Part shown: piece after piece, positions 1-10,197 of the stretch
Numbering within the stretch: position 1 is the first letter of the stretch
Layout: every line of letters starts with the position of its first letter
From: Acidobacteriota bacterium
Lineage (GTDB): Bacteria; Acidobacteriota; UBA890; WLXD01
Reading direction: 5' to 3'
NCBI GenBank assembly: GCA_963666055.2
Contig: CAXWPH010000014.1
Coordinates: 224,001-288,000, forward strand
DNA: 64,000 nt
Notes under the pieces: generated by a model
Databases searched by the model: none
What the model was told of the DNA's origin: nothing
Seen by the model: the letters and a program-made list of their open reading frames with translations, nothing else
Translations under genes and position numbers: made by a program

Positions 1-386
1 AGACGACCGTAGCTTTGCTGCCGGCGCTGGAGATCAGCTCCTTGCTCGACCTAGCCGATACCGATGACCAGGCAGTCCTGGCGCAGCAGCTACTCGACGC
101 CGGAGCCTATGCAGCCTGGGTGCGCGGCAACCTGGACGGAGCGCGTGCAGTGGACTTCGTCGCCTACGGAGAGCGCACCGCAGTGATGGACTACCCGCAA
201 CCGGTGGGTCCGGCCGCCGCCGCCACCGCGTCGGGGACGCTTGCGGCCCTGCTGGCGCTAGGGTGCTCGCTCGAGGAATCCGTCGATCGCGCGCACCGCC
301 GTGCCGCCCATGTAAGTGCGAGCCTGCACGCCCCAGCAGTACGCCCGACACCCACGATCAGTCGATCTCGCGGGCGCGCTCGGTGA
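1..386 (+). CDS. C-terminal part of a ThiD/PfkB-like (phosphomethylpyrimidine kinase-like) protein, truncated by the window edge
   Basis: Frame is open from the window start. C-terminal 'ASGTLAALLALGCSLEESVDRAHR' resembles the ThiD 'GxTLSAAIAAxLAxGxxLxEAVxxA' motif, although degenerate. Confidence 0.45.
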   Translation, partial: TTVALLPALEISSLLDLADTDDQAVLAQQLLDAGAYAAWVRGNLDGARAVDFVAYGERTAVMDYPQPVGPAAAATASGTLAALLALGCSLEESVDRAHRRAAHVSASLHAPAVRPTPTISRSRGRAR

Positions 387-1956
387 AACTGCGGACCTGC
401 TTGGCGTCGATGCGGGGAAACAACATCTCGCCCCGGTGAGCCGCGGCGCCTGAGCCCACATGAAGCAACCGCTCCGCGCCCTTGTAGCGAAACTCGTCGA
501 GCCCGCCGGTTTCGCCGAGCGCGGCCCAGAGCTGCTGCATCTTGCCGGGCATTACCGGTGCCAAGAGCACGGCGATGCTCTTCAAGACACTGCCACACGC
601 CGCCATCACTGCGTCGTACGTGACGCCGGCCTCCGGGTCAGTTTCTCTGTTCTTGCGCAGCTGCCACGGCTGGGTGTCCTGGATCATCTTGTTGGCGGCG
701 CCGACGAATCCCCAGAGCGTGCGCAACGCGGCTGCGAATCCGAAGTCGCTGAGCTGCGCTTCGTATACCGGCACCATCTCCTCGAACCCACGCAGCAACT
801 CGGCGGTGGCAGGCGTGGGCTGCGTATCGACGGCGAATGACCCCCCGTCACGCTCCACGAGGGTGAGGACACGCGAGGCGAGATTGCCGAGATCGTTGGC
901 GAGATCCGCGTTGATCCGTTCCACGAGCGCCGCGGCGGCGAAATCGCCGTCCTGACCGAAGGGCATCTGCCGGAGCACGTAGTAGCGCAGCGGATCGGCG
1001 CCAAACTCGTCGATGAGCCGGTTCGGATCGACGACGTTGCCGATGCTCTTGGACATCTTCTGTCCTTCCACGGTCCACCAGCCGTGAGCAAAGATATTGC
1101 GCGGCAGCGGCAGATCCAGCGCCATCAGCAATGTCGTCCAGTAGACGGAATGCGTCGTCAAGATATCCTTGCCGATGAGGTGGTAGTCGGCCGGCCAGAA
1201 GGGCCCGTACCTGGGGTCGGTGGGCGTCTCCGGGTTGAGATAGCGCAGCGCCGTGCAATAGTTCAACAGCGCGTCGACCCAGACATAGCAGACGTGCTCG
1301 GTGTCGAAAGGAAGCTCGACGCCCCAGGCCAGCCGCGACTTCGGCCGGGAAATCGACAGATCGCCAAGCGGCTGGCGCAAGAATCCCAGAATCTCGTTCC
1401 GTCGTGTCTGCGGATGGATTTGTAGAGAGCCGCTCTCGATCGCCTCGACGAGCTTGTCCTGGTAGGCGCTCATACGGAAGAAGTAGTTCGACTCGCGCAC
1501 GAGCTCGACTCTTCCGTCTTGCTTGAGCCGCGCGATCTCATCGGTGTCGGTGACGAACATCTCCTGCGAAACGTCGTACCAGCCTTCGTAATCCTGCTCG
1601 TATATCTGCCCGTCATCGTAGAGTCGCTGCAGAGCCTCGCGTACCTGTTCCTTATGCTCGGCGGCGGTCGTCCGTATGAAGGCGTCGTGCGAGATTCCGA
1701 GCCGCTCCCAGAGCTGCTTGAAGTTGCGATGCAGCTCGTCGCAATGCTCCTGCTCGGACACGCCTCGACGCGCGGCCGCCTGCGCCACTTTCTGGCCGTG
1801 CTCGTCGGTGCCGGTGAGAAAAAAGACCTCGACACCCCGCTGGCGCATGAACCGCGCCATCGTGTCCGCGGCGATGGTGGTGTATGCGTGCCCGAGGTGC
1901 GGCACATCGTTGACGTAGTAGATCGGCGTCGTCAGGTAGAAACGCTGCGTGCCCAC
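358..1956 (-). CDS. metG: Methionyl-tRNA synthetase (short form, no C-terminal tRNA-binding appendix)
   Basis: 'YLTTPIYYVNDVPHLGHAY' (HIGH-like), 'GTDEHGQK', 'YVWVDAL', 'GKDI', 'KMSKS'. GTG start at 1956 follows GGAG. Confidence 0.97.
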   Translation of the reverse strand: MGTQRFYLTTPIYYVNDVPHLGHAYTTIAADTMARFMRQRGVEVFFLTGTDEHGQKVAQAAARRGVSEQEHCDELHRNFKQLWERLGISHDAFIRTTAAEHKEQVREALQRLYDDGQIYEQDYEGWYDVSQEMFVTDTDEIARLKQDGRVELVRESNYFFRMSAYQDKLVEAIESGSLQIHPQTRRNEILGFLRQPLGDLSISRPKSRLAWGVELPFDTEHVCYVWVDALLNYCTALRYLNPETPTDPRYGPFWPADYHLIGKDILTTHSVYWTTLLMALDLPLPRNIFAHGWWTVEGQKMSKSIGNVVDPNRLIDEFGADPLRYYVLRQMPFGQDGDFAAAALVERINADLANDLGNLASRVLTLVERDGGSFAVDTQPTPATAELLRGFEEMVPVYEAQLSDFGFAAALRTLWGFVGAANKMIQDTQPWQLRKNRETDPEAGVTYDAVMAACGSVLKSIAVLLAPVMPGKMQQLWAALGETGGLDEFRYKGAERLLHVGSGAAAHRGEMLFPRIDAKQVRSFTERAREID

Positions 1957-2031
1957 TCCATACTCCAGGCCGAAGTGCCGGTCGCGCCGCCGTCCCCACT
2001 GCATCGCCCACACGCGGTCGGTGGTGGCAGT

Positions 2032-2769
2032 CTACCGCGTCGTCGCCGTCGGCGGCTCCGCGCTCTTGTCGTCGTAGCCACAGAGGTCCTCGATTCCACA
2101 GCGCCAGCACTCGGGCCGCCGCGCGTGGCAGACCTGGCGGCCGTGCCGAATGACGTTCACGTGCAAGGGAAAGGCCGCTCCGGGAGGGACTGCGGCCTGC
2201 AGCTCGTCGTTCGCCCGCCCGAGGTCACGCTGCCGGTGAATGCCCAATCGATGGAGCACGCGGTACACGTGCGTGTCCACCGGGAACGCCTCGAGCCGGA
2301 GCGAGAACAACAGGATGCAGTTGACGCTCTTTGCACCGAGCCCCTTTATGTCGCTGAGCTCGTGGCGAGCCGCATCGAGGTCCATCTCGACCAGGTGGTC
2401 GAGATCGTACGCACCTCGTTGCTCATACACTCGGGACAGAATCTCCTGGATCCGGCGCGCCTTGACGCGCTGCAGCCCACCCGGCTGCAATGCCTGTTCG
2501 AGATGCTGACGCGGAGCGGCCGCGACACTTTGCCAGTCCGGGTAGCGCTGGCGTAGCTGCTCCCAGGCACGGTCACGGTTCCTGTCGGTGGTGTTCTGCG
2601 ACAGAATCGTCAATACAAGCTCGTCGAGCGGCGGCAGCGCCCGCGCCGGTTTCGGTTCGCCGTGCAGCTCCCGAAGCCTGTCGTGCAGCACACCAAGCGC
2701 GCGGCGTTGCGTCGCAAGCGCTCGCGAGCGCGGACGCTTACGCGCCACGACCGTCGCGGCCCTCGGCAC
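2032..2769 (-). CDS. nth: Endonuclease III / HhH-GPD DNA glycosylase
   Basis: 'LVLTILSQNTTD', HhH 'IKGLGAKS', 'FPVDTHVYRV', 4Fe-4S motif 'CHARRPECWRCGIEDLC'. Start uncertain (GTG 2769 or 2748). Confidence 0.88.
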   Translation of the reverse strand: MPRAATVVARKRPRSRALATQRRALGVLHDRLRELHGEPKPARALPPLDELVLTILSQNTTDRNRDRAWEQLRQRYPDWQSVAAAPRQHLEQALQPGGLQRVKARRIQEILSRVYEQRGAYDLDHLVEMDLDAARHELSDIKGLGAKSVNCILLFSLRLEAFPVDTHVYRVLHRLGIHRQRDLGRANDELQAAVPPGAAFPLHVNVIRHGRQVCHARRPECWRCGIEDLCGYDDKSAEPPTATTR

Positions 2770-2788
2770 TTGGCTCCAGCACCGCCTG

Positions 2789-4177
2789 CTAAACCCCGAG
2801 CCGCTCGCCGAGATACGCTGGCAGGGCGTCCAGGCCGATGCGCTCCTGCTCCGTGGTATCACGATGACGCACCGTCACCGCGTTGTCCTCGAGGGTGTCG
2901 AAGTCCACCGTGACGCAGAACGGTGTGCCCACCTCATCCTCACGTCGATACCGTTTGCCGATGCTCCCGGCGTCATCGTAGAGCACCGCGAAGCCGTGGC
3001 GCAGCGTGTCCGCAAGCTTGTGGGCCGGCTCTGCCAGCTTCTTGACCAGCGGAAAGACCGACACCTGACGTGGCGCCACATGCGGTGCCAACCGCAACAC
3101 GGTGCGCTGCTGGCCGGCGATCTCATCGACGTCGAAGGCATCGGCCAGTACGGTGAGCACCGTGCGGTCGAGACCGGCCGAGGTCTCGATTACCGAAGGT
3201 ACATACTTCTCGTTGCGCACAGGATCGAAATAGCTCTGATCCTTGCCCGAGTGCACGGCATGCTGACTCAGGTCAAAAGAGCCGCGATTGGCGATCCCCT
3301 CGAGCTCAGCCCAGCCAAACGGAAACTTGTACTCCACATCTGTCGTGTAGCTGGCGTAGTGGGCTAGCTCGTCGGGCTCGTGTTCACGCAGTCGTAGTCG
3401 GTCGGCCTGGATCCCGAGCTCGGCGTACCACCGATAACGCTGCTCGACCCAATAGTCGAACCACTCCCGCTCGTCGTCCGCGTGAACGAAGAACTCCATT
3501 TCCATCTGCTCGAACTCGCGTGAGCGGAAGGTGAAGTTGCGTGGTGTGACTTCGTTGCGGAACGCCTTCCCGACCTGCGCAATCCCGAACGGTACCTTCA
3601 TGCGCGTCGACAGTTGCACGTTGCGGAAGTTCACGAAAATGGCCTGTGCAGTCTCCGGGCGAAGGTACGCTACCGACTTCGAGTCTTCGGCGGCGCCTAC
3701 GCGCGTCTCGAACATCAGGCCAAACTGACGAGGCGGCGTCAGCTCACCATCGCAGACTGGGCAGCGGCTGGGAATCGAGCCGTCCGTGGGCGGCAGGTCG
3801 CCCTCATGGCCCGGGAAGATCTTGCCGAGATCACCCGAGTCGACCGCTCCTTGAACGAGATGGTCAAGCCGGAACCGGCGCTTGCACTCCTTGCAGTCGA
3901 CCATCATGTCGTAGAAGGACTCGACGTGCCCGGATGCCTGCCAGACGCGCGGGTGCATGATGATCGACGCGTCGAAGCCGACGACGTCGTGGCGCTGTAC
4001 TACCAGGCGGCTCCACCAGAGATCGACCACCCGACGCCGCAGCTCGACGCCGAGCGGACCATAGTCCCAGAATCCGTTCAGGCCGCCGTAGATTTCGCTG
4101 CTTTGGAAGATGAACCCCCGGCGCTTGCACAGCGACACGAGAGGATCGAGGCTCGACAGCCCGGTTGCATCGGTCAT
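2789..4177 (-). CDS. glyQS: Glycyl-tRNA synthetase, homodimeric alpha2 type
   Basis: 'LCKRRGFIFQSSEIYGG', 'YLRPETAQ', 'FRNEVTPRNFTFRSREFEQMEME', 'GSIGKRYRREDEVGTPFCVTVD'. Confidence 0.97.
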   Translation of the reverse strand: MTDATGLSSLDPLVSLCKRRGFIFQSSEIYGGLNGFWDYGPLGVELRRRVVDLWWSRLVVQRHDVVGFDASIIMHPRVWQASGHVESFYDMMVDCKECKRRFRLDHLVQGAVDSGDLGKIFPGHEGDLPPTDGSIPSRCPVCDGELTPPRQFGLMFETRVGAAEDSKSVAYLRPETAQAIFVNFRNVQLSTRMKVPFGIAQVGKAFRNEVTPRNFTFRSREFEQMEMEFFVHADDEREWFDYWVEQRYRWYAELGIQADRLRLREHEPDELAHYASYTTDVEYKFPFGWAELEGIANRGSFDLSQHAVHSGKDQSYFDPVRNEKYVPSVIETSAGLDRTVLTVLADAFDVDEIAGQQRTVLRLAPHVAPRQVSVFPLVKKLAEPAHKLADTLRHGFAVLYDDAGSIGKRYRREDEVGTPFCVTVDFDTLEDNAVTVRHRDTTEQERIGLDALPAYLGERLGV

Positions 4178-4248
4178 GGTGGTTTCTTGGCTACGGCCCT
4201 GGATGGGCACGGCGAGTTGAGGTGACGTGCTCCGTGCCAGGTGGAGCG

Positions 4249-5472
4249 TTACAAAGGCGTAATAAACGGATCAGTTGGAGCGAGCTCGGCGGCGTAACGC
4301 TGCACTTTCTCGAAGGCACGGGCTACGTCCAGCGCATCCTCGGCGCTCCCGATAAGCGCATTGTGGCGGATCCACACAGCTTCGCTCGCGCAGGCGTGCT
4401 CGGCAACTCCACAGGCGCCGCTACGGTGCGGTGCCCGCTGAGCGTCGTCGAACATCGGCTGACTGTAAACCGGCGCATCATAGCCCGCCGACGCCGGCAC
4501 CCCCTCGGCGACAAGAGCCTCCACACAGGCGCGCTTCGGAGCTCCCGCGAAGGCCTCCGCGTCGATACGAACGATGACCAGGTGCCAAGAGCACTGCTCG
4601 GTGCCGCGCGGAAGCGTCTGGCAGGTCACTCCCGGGATGTCGTTGAGCGCCCGGCGTAGTTGCATCGCGTTCGCGGCCCGACGTTGCAGCTCCTCCGGAT
4701 AGCGCTCGAGGGCAGCGCACAACACCGCGCCCTGGAACTCTGACAGGCGAAAGTTGCCACCGAGCCGAACATGAGTGTACTGCCCACCCACCGCGGCACG
4801 CCCGTTGTTAGAAACGGATCGGCAACGCTCGGCCAGGTCGCCGTCGTCGGTAACCACGACACCTCCTTCGCCACAGGCCAAGTTCTTACTGGCATGAAAA
4901 GAGAACCCACCCGCGTTGCCGATCGTCCCGGCACCGGCGCCGTCGTAGCGCGTACCCCAGGCCTGGGCGGCATCTTCGATCAGGGCCAAGCCGTTACGCT
5001 CTGCCAGCTCTTGCAACGCTCCCATACTGGCCGGCACACCGCCGAGGTGGACCGGCATGATCGCCGCCGTTCGCTCGCTGAGCACCGACTCGGCACTGCG
5101 GGCATCGAGACAGTAGGAGTGCCGATCGATATCGGCGAACACCGGAACTAGTCCCGCCTGCAGGATGGCCGTGGCCGACGCCACGAATGTGTAGGCCGGA
5201 AGGACGACTTCGGATCCTCGCTCGATGTCCAGCGCTTCGAGCGCCACCCGCAACGCCGCTTCGCCGCTACTCACACAGACCGCATATCGGGCGCCCTGAT
5301 AGGCGGCGAACTCGGTCTCGAAACGGCGCACGAACTGCCCGTGCCGGCTATCCCAATCGCCCGAATCAAGTACCACATCGAGGAGCTCGCGCTCCCGTGC
5401 TCCAGCTTGCGGCCAACGAGGATAGGCGCGCACGCGAATGGGATCGCCGCCGACCAATGCCAGCTCAGGCAC
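4249..5472 (-). CDS. DegT/DnrJ/EryC1/StrS family PLP-dependent aminotransferase
   Basis: 'PAYTFVASA', 'IEDAAQAWG', 'FSFHASKNLACGEGG', 'NFRLSEFQGAVL'. Confidence 0.9.
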   Translation of the reverse strand: MPELALVGGDPIRVRAYPRWPQAGARERELLDVVLDSGDWDSRHGQFVRRFETEFAAYQGARYAVCVSSGEAALRVALEALDIERGSEVVLPAYTFVASATAILQAGLVPVFADIDRHSYCLDARSAESVLSERTAAIMPVHLGGVPASMGALQELAERNGLALIEDAAQAWGTRYDGAGAGTIGNAGGFSFHASKNLACGEGGVVVTDDGDLAERCRSVSNNGRAAVGGQYTHVRLGGNFRLSEFQGAVLCAALERYPEELQRRAANAMQLRRALNDIPGVTCQTLPRGTEQCSWHLVIVRIDAEAFAGAPKRACVEALVAEGVPASAGYDAPVYSQPMFDDAQRAPHRSGACGVAEHACASEAVWIRHNALIGSAEDALDVARAFEKVQRYAAELAPTDPFITPL

Positions 5473-5496
5473 GTGCGTCGTGCCGCTGCGCGAGCA

Positions 5497-6594
5497 TCAC
5501 AGGAACCGATCCAGCGATGCTTCCGCCACTTTGTCGCGCAGCGCCTTGATCTGCTGGGAGCGATCCAGCGGCGCCACCAAGAGCACGCCGCCGGTGCGCA
5601 CGATGGCCAGCCCCTTGACCCCTAGCAGCGCCACCATGTCCTCCGGCGCATGCACCAGATTGTCGCTTGCATCCAGCGCCACCAACTGTCCGGCAACGAC
5701 GTTGCCGAGGTCGTCGCCCTCGACAAGCTCCTTGAGCGCCTCCCACGAGCCGACGTCCGACCAATCGAACTCGGCCTTCACACAGGCGACGTTCTCGGCC
5801 CGCTCCATGACGCCATAGTCGATCGAGGTGGCTGGCATCGCCCGGTACGCGTCGGCACGACTCGTGTCGTCGTTCGCGGCAAGCATCGCTTTGGCGGCCT
5901 CCACGGCGTCGGGCAAGTGCAGCTCCATTGCGGCCAGCAGCACCCGCGCCTCCCAAACGAACATTCCACTGTTCCAGAGGAAGGAGCCGTCCGCCACATA
6001 ACGTTCCGCCGTCTCGAGATCCGGTTTCTCGCGGAACGCGACCACCTTGCTGACCGGAACCTCGGCCGTTGCGCCATCCAGCTCTAGCCTGGCGCCTATT
6101 TCGACGTAGCCGTAGCCGGTCTCGGCGTACCGAGGGGACACGCCGAAGGTAACCAGATGCCCCCTGCGAGCCGCCGCAGCGGCGGCGTTCACGGTGCGTG
6201 CAAGGCCGGCAACATCGACCACTACGTGATCCGCGGGGAAAACCAACATGATCGCTTCCGGATCACGCTGCACCAGCACCGCCGCTGTCCAGGCGAGGCA
6301 CGGGGCCGTATTGCGAGCCTGCGGCTCCGCCAGGAGGTTGGCGGATGGCAGCTCCGGAAGCTCCTGCACCGTCAGCGCTGTATAAGAGGCGGTGGTGACC
6401 ACCAGCACACGTTCCGGATCTCCGACCACCGCTACGCTCCGCTCCCACGTTTGGCGCAACATCGAGTCGGAGCCGACGATCGGCAGGAACTGCTTTGGAC
6501 GATCGCGCCGCGACAGTGGCCAGAAGCGCGTCCCACTGCCGCCGGCCATGATCACGGCGTAGGCATGCGGGTCGCCAAGCTCGGTCATCGTCAT
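5497..6594 (-). CDS. manC: Mannose-1-phosphate guanylyltransferase
   Basis: 'IMAGGSGTRFWPLSR..PKQF', 'EPQARNTAP', 'FREKPD', 'WNSGMF', 'SIDYGVME', 'WSDVGSW'. ATGA overlap with the upstream gene. Confidence 0.93.
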   Translation of the reverse strand: MTMTELGDPHAYAVIMAGGSGTRFWPLSRRDRPKQFLPIVGSDSMLRQTWERSVAVVGDPERVLVVTTASYTALTVQELPELPSANLLAEPQARNTAPCLAWTAAVLVQRDPEAIMLVFPADHVVVDVAGLARTVNAAAAAARRGHLVTFGVSPRYAETGYGYVEIGARLELDGATAEVPVSKVVAFREKPDLETAERYVADGSFLWNSGMFVWEARVLLAAMELHLPDAVEAAKAMLAANDDTSRADAYRAMPATSIDYGVMERAENVACVKAEFDWSDVGSWEALKELVEGDDLGNVVAGQLVALDASDNLVHAPEDMVALLGVKGLAIVRTGGVLLVAPLDRSQQIKALRDKVAEASLDRFL

Positions 6595-7970
6595 CCGCCT
6601 TCGATGGCGCCGAGCTCTTTCTCGACGCGATGCAACCGACTCTCCACGAGCCACCGGATCTCCTCCAGGCGCTCCCGGCTCTGCGCTTCGAATCGGAGAA
6701 TGATCTGCGGCCCGGTATTGCTCGCCCGCGCCAGGCCCCAACCGTCATCGAACTCGACTCGCACCCCGTCGATCGCTACTACGTCGTGATCCGCTGCGAG
6801 CTCGTCGCGCAGCCGGTCGCATACTGCAAACTTGTGCTCCTCGGTAGACGGATGGCGAATCTCCGGCGTCGAGAAGACTTCGGGCAGGTCGTCGAGCTGC
6901 ATGGAGAAAGTATCGTCCTGCCGTGAGTAGATCTCCATCAGCTTGGCCCCGGCATACACCGCGTCGTCATGTCCGAAGAAGTTCTCGCCGAAGAACAGGT
7001 GACCGCTCATTTCGCCCGCCAGCAGGGCGCCTTCCTCGCGGATCTTCTGCTTGATGAACGAGTGGCCGGTCTTCCACATGAGCGGCCGGCCGCCATGCGC
7101 GACGATGTCATCGGCGAGCAGACTGGAACACTTCACATCAAAGATCACTGTCGCTCCGGGGTTCCTGGCCAACATGTCTCGCGCCAGGAGAATTGTCAGG
7201 TAATCGCCCCAGACGATCTCGCCGCGCTCGTCGATCACCCCGACACGATCCCCGTCTCCGTCGAACCCCAGGCCGAGATCGAAACCGCCCTCGACCACAC
7301 GACGACTCAGCTCGGCCACGGCTTCGGGAACGGTGGGGTCCGGGTGATGGTTAGGGAACGTACCGTCGACGTCGCAGTACATCTCCTCGACCTCGCAGCC
7401 GAGCTCACGGTACATGCGCGGCGCGATCATCCCGGCAACGCCGTTGCCGGCGTCGATCACTACACGCACCGGACGCTCGAGACGTACGCGCTCCTTGATC
7501 ATGTCGACATACGGCTCCACCAGGTCGACCGTTTCCACACCGTGACACCCGCTGTCCAGATCGTTCGCTTCGATCGCCTGCCGCAGTGCCTGGATATCGT
7601 CGCCGAAAAGTGTGCGCGTTCCGAGGCACAACTTGAGACCGTTGTAGTCGCCAGGGTTGTGGCTGGCGGTAACCACCACGCCGCCATCGGCGGGCAGATG
7701 ATGGATCCCGAAGTACAGCATCGGTGTCGGCACCAGGCCGGCGTCGAGAACCGCACAACCGGCGTCGTTCACCCCGGCTGCGAAGGCGCCGGCAAGCTCC
7801 GGGCTCGAAAGGCGACCGTCACGTCCGACCACCACACGGGAACCGCCCTGCCGGCAAACCAGCGTGCCGTACGCCTGCCCGATACGCCGGAACACATCGG
7901 CGTTGACATCGTCTCCAACGATGCCCCGGATGTCGTAGGCGCGGAAGATTCCCGCTGGTACGGCAGACAT
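6591..7970 (-). CDS. Phosphomannomutase/phosphoglucomutase (AlgC-like)
   Basis: 'FRAYDIRG', 'TASHNP', 'FDGDGDR', 'GEMSGH'. Confidence 0.95.
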   Translation of the reverse strand: MSAVPAGIFRAYDIRGIVGDDVNADVFRRIGQAYGTLVCRQGGSRVVVGRDGRLSSPELAGAFAAGVNDAGCAVLDAGLVPTPMLYFGIHHLPADGGVVVTASHNPGDYNGLKLCLGTRTLFGDDIQALRQAIEANDLDSGCHGVETVDLVEPYVDMIKERVRLERPVRVVIDAGNGVAGMIAPRMYRELGCEVEEMYCDVDGTFPNHHPDPTVPEAVAELSRRVVEGGFDLGLGFDGDGDRVGVIDERGEIVWGDYLTILLARDMLARNPGATVIFDVKCSSLLADDIVAHGGRPLMWKTGHSFIKQKIREEGALLAGEMSGHLFFGENFFGHDDAVYAGAKLMEIYSRQDDTFSMQLDDLPEVFSTPEIRHPSTEEHKFAVCDRLRDELAADHDVVAIDGVRVEFDDGWGLARASNTGPQIILRFEAQSRERLEEIRWLVESRLHRVEKELGAIEGG

Positions 7971-8148
7971 GGGCGAGATCCTCTGACTGGTTGCGATGGC
8001 GCCGGGGCGTTTGATGAACAGGGTAAAACCGCGGTCGAGTGGCGGCGGTCGGCCGCCTGCGCCGCCTCTGATTCTTCCACATCTTCAGTACCGACGGCGG
8101 CCCCTACTGGGTCTCACGAGGCGACGAGATCGCCACGCCTGCAGCGGG

Positions 8149-9276
8149 CTACGCTCGCAGAGTCCGTCGGTCTACCAAATAGCGCTCGATGCGACTCTCA
8201 CAAACGTCGTGGCCTATGCCCGGGCCCTGTGGCACGCGAACGTGGCCATCGCCGTCGAGCTCGACCTCGGGATCGATGATGTCTTGCTCCCAGTAGCGTC
8301 GCGACGCCGACAAGTCGTTGGACATCGTGAAGTTGGGCAGCGCCGCGACGGCGATGTTGTGCAGCCGGCCCACGCCGGATTCCAGCATTCCACCGCACCA
8401 CACCGGAATCCGACGCCGCTCGCACAAATCATGCACAGCGATTCCGGCCGACCGGCCACCAAGCCGCGAGCACTTGATGTTGATGATGCGCGCCGCCTTC
8501 GCCTCCAATGCCCGCTCGGTGATCTCCACTGTCTTGGCAGATTCGTCCAGGCATATCGGCGTTGCGACTTGGTCCTGAAATTCGGCGTGCAACTCGAGCT
8601 CGTCGTATTCGAACGGCTGTTCGATCATCTCCATATCGAAGCGGTCGAGCTCGACGATGTGCGGGATATCCTCGCGCCGATACGCGCAGTTGGCATCGAC
8701 CATGAGCGGAATGTCTCCGAACCGCTCCCGCACCTTGCCGACAACGCTCACATCTTTCCCCTTGGCGATCTTCAGCTTGATTCGCCGGTAGCCCTGAGCC
8801 AGCGCTGTATCGATCTGGTCGGCCAGCACCTCGAAGTCCTGCTGAATGCCGAGCGAAATGCCCACCATGATGCGGTCGCGCACCGGCCTGTCGCCAGCGT
8901 ACAGGCGGTGCACCGGCACGCCGCGTCGGCGAGCCTCGAGGTCCCAGACAGCCTCCTCGATCGCTGCCTTTGCCATCGGGTGCCAAGGCCACTTGGTCAT
9001 ACGGGAAGCGACGGCAGTTGCGGCACCCGCTTCCGGCAGATCGAGCTCGAACAGCTCCGGTGCCAGCAGATCCTCGATGATGTTTCGACAGGTCCCGACA
9101 GTCTCGTAGGTGTAGAAGGGCAGGCGATCGGCCCCCGACTCGCCCCACCCGAAGGCCCCCTCGGAATGCACGCGCACCAGCAGGATGTTGCGCTCGCCGA
9201 AGCCACCGCGCGAGATCTCGAACCAACCGACGAGCGGAATACGGATCTGAATCAAGTCCACCGCTTCGATCCTCAA
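8149..9276 (-). CDS. menC: o-succinylbenzoate synthase / N-succinylamino acid racemase (NSAR/OSBS subfamily, enolase superfamily)
   Basis: 'RIKLKI', 'MVDANCAY', 'MIEQP', 'ICLDES', 'INIK', 'WCGGMLESGVGR', 'DLSASRRYW'. Confidence 0.88.
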   Translation of the reverse strand: MRIEAVDLIQIRIPLVGWFEISRGGFGERNILLVRVHSEGAFGWGESGADRLPFYTYETVGTCRNIIEDLLAPELFELDLPEAGAATAVASRMTKWPWHPMAKAAIEEAVWDLEARRRGVPVHRLYAGDRPVRDRIMVGISLGIQQDFEVLADQIDTALAQGYRRIKLKIAKGKDVSVVGKVRERFGDIPLMVDANCAYRREDIPHIVELDRFDMEMIEQPFEYDELELHAEFQDQVATPICLDESAKTVEITERALEAKAARIINIKCSRLGGRSAGIAVHDLCERRRIPVWCGGMLESGVGRLHNIAVAALPNFTMSNDLSASRRYWEQDIIDPEVELDGDGHVRVPQGPGIGHDVCESRIERYLVDRRTLRA

Positions 9277-10196
9277 TGTTCCCTCCGATGCTCTTTGTCG
9301 ATGCGAAACGGGCCAAGGGCGGCTTCAGGAGCGCCGCGCTCGAGTACCAACAAGGTCCGCGGCGCCGGAACGACGAGGCGCACGCACTGGCGTACGAAGT
9401 AGCCACGGCCCAGATAATGCTGAAAGACCTGCCGCGTTGCCATTCTCCAAGCCAGAGCGGCGGTGGGGTCCGCTTCCATAACGGCCTGAATCGCCGTGGG
9501 TATCTCGCAGGCGACATGTTTCGCATCCAGACCCAGCTCGGGTGTCCCGGGTAGCGGCACGAGATCGTCGGGGGTCACAGTCGCCAGAGCCTCGGGAAGG
9601 TCAAATCGGCCGGCGGCAATCTCCTGCGCCAACGCGCCGCGCTCGCCGCGCTCGCGGGCCGCGACCCGTTCGGAGTCGAGGTGCCACGCAGCCAGCAGAC
9701 GATCCGTTGGTGTGCCCCGATGTAATCGGCTTGTTGTCTCGCCGTAGAGGTTCTCGAAGTAGGTCTCGACAATGATCCCGAGCTTGCCGAAGTTGAGATA
9801 GGAGTTCAGCGACCGCAATGGATCGAACGTCCAGGCCATCAGCCGTAGTCCCTGCTGCAGCGCGATCTCCCGTTGAGCCCACTTGAGACGCGCCCCGAGG
9901 CCCATCGAACGGCGCGATTCGTCCACCGCCAACATGTGCGAGTAATGCAGCGCCCGACCGCGGTCGTCCTCACCGCGAAAGCCGTAGCAAAAGGCAACCA
10001 GCTGATCGTTCGAGTCGAATGCTCCGAGCACCATTCCGCCAGCCTTCTGTGCCGCCACCAGCTGGGTCCGCGGGATCACGTCGAGGTCGCCGGCGAAATG
10101 CCAGGCGCGCCGCTGGAGCTCCTCGCACTCGATGTACTCGTTAATGCTCTCCAGCCGACGGATCGTGCAATCAGTGCCGCCTGGAATGTCGCTCAT
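9273..10196 (-). CDS. GNAT-family acyltransferase of the type found next to NSAR/OSBS (putative D-amino acid N-succinyltransferase)
   Basis: 'YSHMLAV', 'GLGARLKWAQR', 'WTFDPL..NSYLNFGKLG', 'PTDRL', 'AWRMATRQVF'. Overlaps the menC start. Confidence 0.82.
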   Translation of the reverse strand: MSDIPGGTDCTIRRLESINEYIECEELQRRAWHFAGDLDVIPRTQLVAAQKAGGMVLGAFDSNDQLVAFCYGFRGEDDRGRALHYSHMLAVDESRRSMGLGARLKWAQREIALQQGLRLMAWTFDPLRSLNSYLNFGKLGIIVETYFENLYGETTSRLHRGTPTDRLLAAWHLDSERVAARERGERGALAQEIAAGRFDLPEALATVTPDDLVPLPGTPELGLDAKHVACEIPTAIQAVMEADPTAALAWRMATRQVFQHYLGRGYFVRQCVRLVVPAPRTLLVLERGAPEAALGPFRIDKEHRREH

Positions 10197-10197
10197 C

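Noticed and set aside
1519-2556. Long + strand ORFs opposite real genes (also 6969-8279, 7996-9402, 18217-19542, 24865-26010, 41815-43047, and the - strand ORF 62641-63864)
   Set aside because: Antisense shadows typical of high-GC codon usage. They have no recognisable motifs, and the opposite strand carries clear conserved proteins.
4249-7970. DegT-manC-PMM as a secondary-metabolite (aminocyclitol/AHBA) cluster
   Set aside because: No accompanying dehydrogenase, kinase, glycosyltransferase or PKS genes are present, and the genes sit in a housekeeping run.
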